Assembly: GCA_043739185.1 (NCBI GenBank)
Contig: JAYUEN010000425.1
Span: 1-33,014, forward strand
Direction of reading: 5' to 3'
Source of the DNA: Bdellovibrionales bacterium
Lineage (GTDB): Bacteria; Bdellovibrionota; Bdellovibrionia; Bdellovibrionales; JAMPXM01
Length of the DNA stretch: 33,014 nt
Below, one piece after another: positions 26,293-33,014 of the stretch. Position 1 is the stretch's first letter. Every line of letters begins with the position of its first letter. The translations under genes and the position numbers were made by a program. The notes below the pieces were generated by a model, which was given only the letters and a program-made list of their open reading frames with translations, did no database searches and was not told the origin of the DNA.

Positions 26293-27468
26293 CTATTTTT
26301 GAACTTGAATATGACCGTGGTTGGCGTTGTAGAGATGAACTGGCGTAAAACTAATTTTGAGTTGCCCGGTTATCTTAGTCTTTGTGCCTATTGTGATGCT
26401 TTGATTAGAGGGATCAAAGTTCCAACCATCATCAAAATTGGGGGCCACGGCCTTTTTCATCACATCTTTACCTGTTAAAACCACCAGTGCATTATCTAAA
26501 GAGGCTCCTGACAACTCTGGATTGAAATCAGTTAAATTGGGCAGACGGATCACTTGTTGCGGAATACGCACCGATAGGTCGGCGCCAATGTTTGACAAAC
26601 CTGCCGCGAAATTCTTTGAACAAAGATCAAGCTCACGATTTTTTGTCTGTCCCCAATTGGTTTTGCGGATAAGTTCTTCAATTCTCTTTGGACCTTCTGG
26701 TCCGCCGTTATCTTTTTCGCAAAACTTATTGGTACTTGGTGATAGTACCCCTACTACTGCGACCTTATTGCGATTGCCATTTTTTAATTTGAATAAGTCT
26801 TCGGCAAGCAATTCAGGTGACATTTCAACACGACCATCATCGGTATCACTAATGATAATCACAATTAAATTGGCATCACTGCGGTAAAAACCCTGATTGG
26901 GTCCCTTTGCCAAATTAGATGAGAGAGCTGGCAATATAGGGGTAAAAACTTCTTCAAATGCGGGCCCCGGCTGCTCACCAAGTAGCAAAGTTTTCTTCAT
27001 GACTTCAATATAATTTGGAGTTGTTTTTGTAACATAGCGTGGACCGTCTATGTATTCTTTTGAAGAAGTATCTTTGGGATCATAATTTGGATTTTTCAAT
27101 TGAAGCAGCTCACCGAGAGCCGCATGATTTCTAAAGGTTTGTCCATGCACATCTTGGTCAAAGTGCACGCTATCCCAAATCGGAACCATAGCGAAATGAA
27201 AGTCCACAAGTTGATTGTCTGCAAAACTATGTACAAAAGCATCGATATTGCGTGAGAGATTCTCTTGATGAACATACATACTCATCGAATAGTCTATAAC
27301 AACTAAAATATCGACTTTGGGAGTGAGATCATAGGTTTTAACTTCGGCATTGATTGCGGCCGAGCCGTTGCTCTCAATTGGTGCTTCACGCTTGGGTGAA
27401 TTGGGAGCGCAAGAAAGTGCAACGAGAGAAAGTACTAATACCAATCCAAAGTAAAATTTGGTTTTCAT
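26293..27468 (-). CDS. VWA-domain lipoprotein (CglB-like adhesin)
   Basis: Lipobox ALSC; DILVVIDYSMSM (MIDAS DxSxS), F.R.DA.L..IIISDTDD and a C-terminal beta domain (GWNFD). Confidence 0.75.
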   Translation of the reverse strand: MKTKFYFGLVLVLSLVALSCAPNSPKREAPIESNGSAAINAEVKTYDLTPKVDILVVIDYSMSMYVHQENLSRNIDAFVHSFADNQLVDFHFAMVPIWDSVHFDQDVHGQTFRNHAALGELLQLKNPNYDPKDTSSKEYIDGPRYVTKTTPNYIEVMKKTLLLGEQPGPAFEEVFTPILPALSSNLAKGPNQGFYRSDANLIVIIISDTDDGRVEMSPELLAEDLFKLKNGNRNKVAVVGVLSPSTNKFCEKDNGGPEGPKRIEELIRKTNWGQTKNRELDLCSKNFAAGLSNIGADLSVRIPQQVIRLPNLTDFNPELSGASLDNALVVLTGKDVMKKAVAPNFDDGWNFDPSNQSITIGTKTKITGQLKISFTPVHLYNANHGHIQVQK

Positions 27469-28289
27469 TTTTTAACTCCAGACTTAGCAACATTTAGCTG
27501 AGAGGTACTCAGTTGAGTAGATTTCAAAGCACAGTGTTTGGCTGCCACATCAAATTTAGCTTCATCTAGCCACTCTTCTGATTCTTTAGGAAAACGAATA
27601 GTGTCTTCAGAGCGCTCCGCAACTTTTGAAAAGTCGCCTCCAGCTTGGCGTTTCAGCCCCATTCTTTGAATGGCTTCGATCTCAATAATATGCATCTTCT
27701 TAATCACCGCTTGAATTTCCTGTAGACTCTGCTTCGACGAATTTGAAGCAATATTTTTATTCAGATTTTGAATTCTGGGTCGAAATCTTTCTTTAAAAAG
27801 TTTCAAATCGTCAAAAATACCCTTGTAATTGCAAATGCGAAGATCTGCAATTGCACCAATTAAAAACGCTTCAGGACCGACATTTTCACTCAAGGCTTGA
27901 GAACTCAAAGTATTATAAAGAGATAGAGCCCGTTCAAAATCTCCAATATGAAGTGCCGCCCATGCGCGTTCTTCTAAAGCCTCTACCCAAAATTTTGAAG
28001 TTGAAGGAATTTGTTTGTAAACAACAATGGCTTCATTGAATTTCTTTTCTTGAAACTTCATTCGGCCAAATATGAGAATGGCCTGATTCTTATCTTCACC
28101 ATTTGCCTTAGCAATAATTTGATTGAGAAGTTTTTCGCCCTGAGCGTCTTGCGATTTTTCAACCAAATCGGCAGCTGTTTTCAAATCCGAGGACATTGAG
28201 GCCACAGCAGACTGAGTCAAAGTCTGGGAGATTCCGAGTGTTATAACCCAGATGACCACTTGAATTTTACGGCGCAATTTTTCAAACAT
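27465..28289 (-). CDS. Exported TPR protein, GltC-like
   Basis: Signal peptide; TPR helices with S..W.EAL.E.AWA...AL....TL.S...PEA...A...L..C.Y, the pattern recalled for GltC-type proteins; operon context. Confidence 0.6.
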   Translation of the reverse strand: MFEKLRRKIQVVIWVITLGISQTLTQSAVASMSSDLKTAADLVEKSQDAQGEKLLNQIIAKANGEDKNQAILIFGRMKFQEKKFNEAIVVYKQIPSTSKFWVEALEERAWAALHIGDFERALSLYNTLSSQALSENVGPEAFLIGAIADLRICNYKGIFDDLKLFKERFRPRIQNLNKNIASNSSKQSLQEIQAVIKKMHIIEIEAIQRMGLKRQAGGDFSKVAERSEDTIRFPKESEEWLDEAKFDVAAKHCALKSTQLSTSQLNVAKSGVKK

Positions 28290-28316
28290 AAAAACTCCAA
28301 CGTCTTAACTCAGCTA

Positions 28317-29120
28317 TTAAAGCAATATTCCAACCGAAACTTGGCCAATGACTAAATTTTCTCTGCGAGTGCTATCTTGAAATGGCGAATCTTGATAAGA
28401 CTGGTAACGAACTTCAAGGCGAGACGAAAAATGTTGACTCAACCAGATCGCAATCCCCATGCCGCCGGCAAAAGTATCTGAACTTAAGCCTGAGAGAGTT
28501 TGGGTTTTGCCGTATCCAGCAAGCGCATAGAGATCAAAATGTGGAACCCATGAATTGAAAAAATTCATCTTCCCGTAGACCGGATACCAACAAAGAGTTG
28601 CGAGCTCAGAGTTTTCGGGACTGTCAATACCAGGCACCTGAACTCCGCCGCCATGCTCTTGTTGTTGTTGAAGAGCCGCGGTATAAACCGAGCTACCTTC
28701 AGAGGTTAGATTATTGATAAAATTATTATAGCGAAAACCTACAGACCAATTCGGATTGATATGAAAATCGAGGTAGGCTCCTAAGTTTTGAGAGGACAAA
28801 TAACTATCGCCTCCGCTCACGAAGCCGTAATTACCGCCAATTTCAAGACGTAAGTTGCGATCAACTGCACGGCGCTGAACAATCTCAACGCGATTTTTTG
28901 GATCCATGGCTTTGGCTCTTTCGATCAATGCTGAATCGTCAGCCAATGAATCAAGATCCTTTTCAAGGCTACCTGAAGATGAACTTGACGAATTAGTTTG
29001 AGTGACCGGAGCTTTGGCTTTTTTGACTACAACTGCCGCCAAACTTGTTTGAGCCAGTGATAGGCCAGCCACCAAAACCACGAGATTTAAAATCAATTTT
29101 TTAGCAAGTGCTGAGTTCAT
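28317..29120 (-). CDS. Outer-membrane beta-barrel protein (GltA/GltB/GltH-like family)
   Basis: Signal peptide; IVQRR...R.E, WYPVYGK, FDLY..AG.G and amphipathic strands with a terminal beta strand. Confidence 0.75.
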   Translation of the reverse strand: MNSALAKKLILNLVVLVAGLSLAQTSLAAVVVKKAKAPVTQTNSSSSSSGSLEKDLDSLADDSALIERAKAMDPKNRVEIVQRRAVDRNLRLEIGGNYGFVSGGDSYLSSQNLGAYLDFHINPNWSVGFRYNNFINNLTSEGSSVYTAALQQQQEHGGGVQVPGIDSPENSELATLCWYPVYGKMNFFNSWVPHFDLYALAGYGKTQTLSGLSSDTFAGGMGIAIWLSQHFSSRLEVRYQSYQDSPFQDSTRRENLVIGQVSVGILL

Positions 29121-29129
29121 AGTATTCTC

Positions 29130-30497
29130 CTACTTCTTCGTCGAATCTGGTTTTGCCAAAGGCTGTTCACATGAACTAGATTTTGAAGCAATATTAACTT
29201 TTCGAGAGATTTCCGCATATTTACGTTGGCCATCAAGTACGTTGACCAAATGAAATTTCATGACATAACTGCCCGTTGCTTTACAACTTGGAGTCCAAGA
29301 AATTTTGTAAAATCGCTCAGGTGCAACTTGACCTGAAACCACGCTCGCTTTTGGATCTTTTGGGTTTGCAATTTCATCAAATTTTGGCTTTCCAGTTGGA
29401 TCGCTCGCGAAACTTACAAAAGTAATTTGAGGAGCCTGAATGTCTCCACGACCATTTGGAGTCTTTACTTTAAAATCAAGAGTGAAAGCTTCACCAGCAA
29501 TTGCATTATGAATTCCGATGTTCCCATCTGGATCTCCGTCAAAATAAGCAACTGGCGGCTGAACTGCAAATTGCACTCGTGTGCATTGATCAACTACAGC
29601 CGATTGCAAATTTGATATGCGGCTGGTGGCGATACTTGAAAAGCACAAATTGACCACTGAAGCATTGCTGTCGGCTTTTGTAATATTTGATTCAACCGGC
29701 GGAAGGGGCAAGGTCTGATCCTTTAAGTTCATTGTATAGCTATAAGTAAATACTCCGTCTTTATCGGGTCCTGATACCAAGGGTTGGTTGGGAGTCATTT
29801 TTCCTGCCCAATCAAATTTGTGATTTTCATCATTGCGTGCACCTTTATAAGAAACCACAGCAAGATCAGGTTGATTCATTCCAGAATGAGCTGCGTCCTG
29901 AACTTTAATTTTTACGATTTGATCTACGCCCTCGTTAATGACTTGGGGAATTTCAACTCCCAATACCTTTGGTCGTATTTGAGTATGCTCAACCAATACT
30001 TGTAAATTGAAGCGCGAAACAAAATTCGCAATGATCGCAGGACCGGTTATAACTCGTGCGATAAAAGAGACATTAGCATTTTGAACAGTCCCTACGCCCA
30101 CAAATCCAGTTGGTGGGGTCCAACGAAAGATATAAGTATTCTTGTCTGAAGTAGATTTCGTCAAACTGCTGCCCTCTGGCTGAGTCGCTCCGTCAAAGCT
30201 CATTTGGGCTTCAGAAATTGCGGGATCCAAAATATTCAAACTCAATTTGACTTCGTTGGCTTCACCTTCAAGAAAAATCGGCGTTTTTGAAGTTCCCTCA
30301 TCAGATACTTGCGATATATTCATTACTTTATCGAAAATGACCTGTTGGTTTTCGTTGGCTTGATGAAGCGGCACAAGTTTTAAATCCTTAAAATCTTTTG
30401 TCGCGTCTGACTTTCCACAGGCTTGACTTAGAATTGCAGCTAATATCAAACTAGCAACGACGCTATAATTTTTTAATTTGGCATTTGGCAACATCAT
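29130..30497 (-). CDS. Lipoprotein with tandem Ig-like domains, function unknown
   Basis: Lipobox LSQAC; repeated FRWTP / ISWTP and I.EG strand patterns. Confidence 0.65.
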   Translation of the reverse strand: MMLPNAKLKNYSVVASLILAAILSQACGKSDATKDFKDLKLVPLHQANENQQVIFDKVMNISQVSDEGTSKTPIFLEGEANEVKLSLNILDPAISEAQMSFDGATQPEGSSLTKSTSDKNTYIFRWTPPTGFVGVGTVQNANVSFIARVITGPAIIANFVSRFNLQVLVEHTQIRPKVLGVEIPQVINEGVDQIVKIKVQDAAHSGMNQPDLAVVSYKGARNDENHKFDWAGKMTPNQPLVSGPDKDGVFTYSYTMNLKDQTLPLPPVESNITKADSNASVVNLCFSSIATSRISNLQSAVVDQCTRVQFAVQPPVAYFDGDPDGNIGIHNAIAGEAFTLDFKVKTPNGRGDIQAPQITFVSFASDPTGKPKFDEIANPKDPKASVVSGQVAPERFYKISWTPSCKATGSYVMKFHLVNVLDGQRKYAEISRKVNIASKSSSCEQPLAKPDSTKK

Positions 30498-30507
30498 AAA
30501 ATCCTCT

Positions 30508-31731
30508 TTACGTATGACTCATACGTTTAAAGTTAAACGGATAATTCACTTTTACTAAAACGCCATTTCGTGGCGTCGGAAACTTCCAAGATTTAAGCTT
30601 AGCAAGAACACAACTCTCAACCGGATTCGAATGCATACTGGTTCCTGCAATATCAGCTTCGTTGACATTGCCAACACCACCAATAATGAAATGTACCGTC
30701 ACACGACCTGACAATTTAGCTGAAGCTTGAAGCCCTTGCTCGTAGCAAAATCGAAGTTGTCCCTGATGACGTTGAATCACTTGATCAATTTCAGATTGAT
30801 CAAGCCCGCCCTCGACCTCTGCTTCACTAATAACAGGCTCAAAATAACCGCCGCTGGCACCGACAAGAGTCATCTTTCCGTACCCAGCTTGGCCGCCACC
30901 TTTTCCGTGCTTACCGTAACCGCCGCCACCTTCAGCGTGAGCGCCTGGCCCTAGTGGCGCACTCGTCAAGCCTTTGCCATAAAACGAAGTCTGCATTCCA
31001 CCGCTACCTGCATTGCCACCAAGACCAACACCACGAGTGGTCTGACTACTTGAAACTTTCACGCCACCCATATCTTTCGCATTTTTCATTGAACCCAAAA
31101 CCGCGAGCGCACCCATCGAATTGAGTGATGGCTGTTTGGCTTTTGCAACAATTCGATTTCTACTTTTTGGAGCGTTAACGGGAATTTTCTTTGCAACTTT
31201 GAGGACTTTCTTTTGAACTTTTTGAACTACTTTTTGCTCAATATGCTTTGTCTTTTTAATATTCGGCGCAACTGCTACTTTTTTCTCTTTGATTACTGGC
31301 TCAAGTTTTTGCTCTTGCTTAGGAACAATCACCACTTCCTGAGTTAAAACTTCAGGTGTTTTTGAAAAAATAAGACCGATTACTAAAAACAATAAAACGC
31401 TGGCCGCAAATCCTGCGGTCCACTTTAAACTCTCTTTAATTTGACTTTCATCATCTTCAGGAAGCGCAAGGTTTGAACTCATTTTGTCGGTGTCAGTTGC
31501 CAAACGCAAAAATCCCATTTCACCAACTGCAATTTTCTTAGTGAGACTTGCAGCTGAAAGATGGGCGATTTTAGTAAATTTAATATCTTCTTCTTCTAGA
31601 GATGTCGTATCACTAACAATTTCAACTCTTTTCAGATCCGTAAGATATACCAATTCGGCCTCGTCAGCCTCTAAGCGAATCTGCCTTACAACTTCACCTT
31701 TTTTATTTTCGAGAACACATAGTTTTTTCAT
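30508..31731 (-). CDS. GltG/AgmX(PglI)-like inner-membrane protein with a TonB-C-like domain
   Basis: Single TM, Lys-rich linker, Gly-rich region, then GGLDQSEI..VI.....LRFCYE.GL....LSGRV...F.I...G.V...VESCV.....W.FP.P.....V.YPF.F. SD AGGAG before the ATG at 31731. Confidence 0.82.
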   Translation of the reverse strand: MKKLCVLENKKGEVVRQIRLEADEAELVYLTDLKRVEIVSDTTSLEEEDIKFTKIAHLSAASLTKKIAVGEMGFLRLATDTDKMSSNLALPEDDESQIKESLKWTAGFAASVLLFLVIGLIFSKTPEVLTQEVVIVPKQEQKLEPVIKEKKVAVAPNIKKTKHIEQKVVQKVQKKVLKVAKKIPVNAPKSRNRIVAKAKQPSLNSMGALAVLGSMKNAKDMGGVKVSSSQTTRGVGLGGNAGSGGMQTSFYGKGLTSAPLGPGAHAEGGGGYGKHGKGGGQAGYGKMTLVGASGGYFEPVISEAEVEGGLDQSEIDQVIQRHQGQLRFCYEQGLQASAKLSGRVTVHFIIGGVGNVNEADIAGTSMHSNPVESCVLAKLKSWKFPTPRNGVLVKVNYPFNFKRMSHT

Positions 31732-31735
31732 TTTC

Positions 31736-32020
31736 TTACTCCTGCATTCCGCTGCCACTGCCCATGCGACTCAAGCGATCCTTGAAATTCTTACGGTAGC
31801 CAATTAAATCTGTTAACATTTTATCATCATCTACCTTGACCAGCGCCTCGTCGGGATATTGATATTTGCCATTGATCAAGAGGTCAGAAAAATTATGCTC
31901 GGTTTTAACATCTAATTTTGGACCCTTCGTCGAAAGATTTCCTTTTGTTTGTGGCGCCGGTGTCGCGGCAAGTGCAACCACATTCATTAGTAAAACCAAA
32001 GCCATTAAAAGACTTTTCAT
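31736..32020 (-). CDS. Small exported GltF/CglF-like protein
   Basis: Signal peptide; NFSDLLINGK..YP...LI..RKNFKD pattern; lies directly upstream of the gltG-like gene. Confidence 0.6.
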   Translation of the reverse strand: MKSLLMALVLLMNVVALAATPAPQTKGNLSTKGPKLDVKTEHNFSDLLINGKYQYPDEALVKVDDDKMLTDLIGYRKNFKDRLSRMGSGSGMQE

Positions 32021-33014
32021 TGGGCACTCCCTTTAACTTCACTGAGTCTTCGATCTAAATAGGCTACATAAGTCTGATTATTTGCTCTTTTTGCCACTTC
32101 TTTGAGTTGCAGCAAACGGCCTACATCAAAAGGCTTGGCACCGGCATCGGCCTGCGTATTTCTTAATAGCTGTGCACTAGGACGCCTTGATACTTCAACC
32201 TCTAAGCGAGCCAGTGAACGCGAAACATTTTGCTTCTGAGCAAGAGGCGCCCAATCAACTGCAAATCTAATTTCTTTAATTAAAATTGACCGAATTGGCT
32301 CAGAGGTGAGTCTTACTTCTTGATAGAGGTGATCGAGATCACCTTGTGACCATAACTTTGAAACCTCAACCTCTAACTCGCTGACTTTTTGCTGATAAGG
32401 TAGCGCCTGCTCTGCTAGTAATTTTTTATACTGCACTCGATCTTTAGCTTTTAAGCTCTTTGGAATGGGTAGATTTTGTATATCCCATGCGAGATTCTTT
32501 TCTTGATTCAAGATGGTTCCAAGAGTCATCAACTCGAGTGTCCAATCAGACATTTTAACTGTGAGGTCGAATTGCTTCTGGGCCTGCTTGATCATCGCCA
32601 TTCTCAAATGAAGTGAAGCCTTCAGGCGAGCGGGAGAAGAAGCGTCTAGTCTCGCACGCGAATTCAAACTCTTATGTTGTTTAAAATCCCGAATAAAGAT
32701 AAATCTTTGTAAAGTTGCGCCTTCAGCAGTATTCAAAACTCCTCTTTGGCGTATTAAAGAATGTGCAAAGCTATAGTCTTCGTCACTTGCAAAAATCTCA
32801 AGTCCAAGAGAAGCAACCAGAGCTGGATTATTCTGTAAAGCGCTTCGATATTTTGCAAATTCTTTCTTGGGCTTTTTCGAAGTTCTAATTAATTTAGCCA
32901 TCACTTGCTCGCGTGCCGCTTTATCATGACTTCTGGCTAAAAATTCAAGATAATATGGATTGGGATTTTTTCCTGAGAGTTCTGCCAAAACAGCAAGCTT
33001 CATTGAGCGCTCAG
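32017..33014 (-). CDS. C-terminal part of a large helical/TPR protein (GltD/AgmU-like), 5' end probably outside the window
   Basis: The frame stays open to the window edge; LPIPKSL...YKKLLAEQALPY segment resembles the GltD C-terminus; ATGA overlap with the gltF-like gene. Confidence 0.55.
   Translation of the reverse strand, partial: ERSMKLAVLAELSGKNPNPYYLEFLARSHDKAAREQVMAKLIRTSKKPKKEFAKYRSALQNNPALVASLGLEIFASDEDYSFAHSLIRQRGVLNTAEGATLQRFIFIRDFKQHKSLNSRARLDASSPARLKASLHLRMAMIKQAQKQFDLTVKMSDWTLELMTLGTILNQEKNLAWDIQNLPIPKSLKAKDRVQYKKLLAEQALPYQQKVSELEVEVSKLWSQGDLDHLYQEVRLTSEPIRSILIKEIRFAVDWAPLAQKQNVSRSLARLEVEVSRRPSAQLLRNTQADAGAKPFDVGRLLQLKEVAKRANNQTYVAYLDRRLSEVKGSAQ

Noticed and set aside
709..31807. 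Numerous short antisense or alternate-frame ORFs in the track (e.g. 5256-5588, 13331-13666, 26438-26887)
   Set aside because: They are shadow ORFs of well-supported genes, with no motifs or ribosome-binding sites.
1..33014. CRISPR array, tRNA/rRNA, transposase, prophage or defence island
   Set aside because: No regularly spaced direct repeats, cloverleaf motifs or hallmark proteins were seen by eye. A tRNAscan or Infernal run would be needed to exclude small RNAs.

Overview
This is a gene-dense chromosomal window, probably from a Bdellovibrionota (Bdellovibrio-like predatory) bacterium. That assignment is inferred from the Glt/Cgl-like TPR, OMP and VWA cluster, the YQNC-type lipoprotein and the many orphan lipoproteins. 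From left to right it holds: a 5'-truncated sohB; a translationally coupled pair encoding an AsmA-like envelope protein and a Spinster-type MFS transporter fused to a glycerophosphodiester phosphodiesterase (GDPD); greA; nrnA; two convergent BFD-like [2Fe-2S] genes; a 122-bp palindromic MITE-like element; cysQ; lipoproteins; a HEAT-repeat protein and a coiled-coil protein; pyrC; GNATs; an RNA m5C methyltransferase; a ferredoxin and a family-5 UDG; a phosphate/polyphosphate cluster (pstS, ppx, sixA, ppk1); a lipoprotein with a MACPF/CDC-like motif; epmA; and the 3' part of a Glt/Cgl-like operon ending in a VWA lipoprotein. The best candidate for an undescribed system is the AsmA + Spinster::GDPD locus, a possible trans-envelope lipid salvage route. 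No rRNA, tRNA, CRISPR array or transposase was seen. All assignments come from motif recognition by eye; no searches were run.
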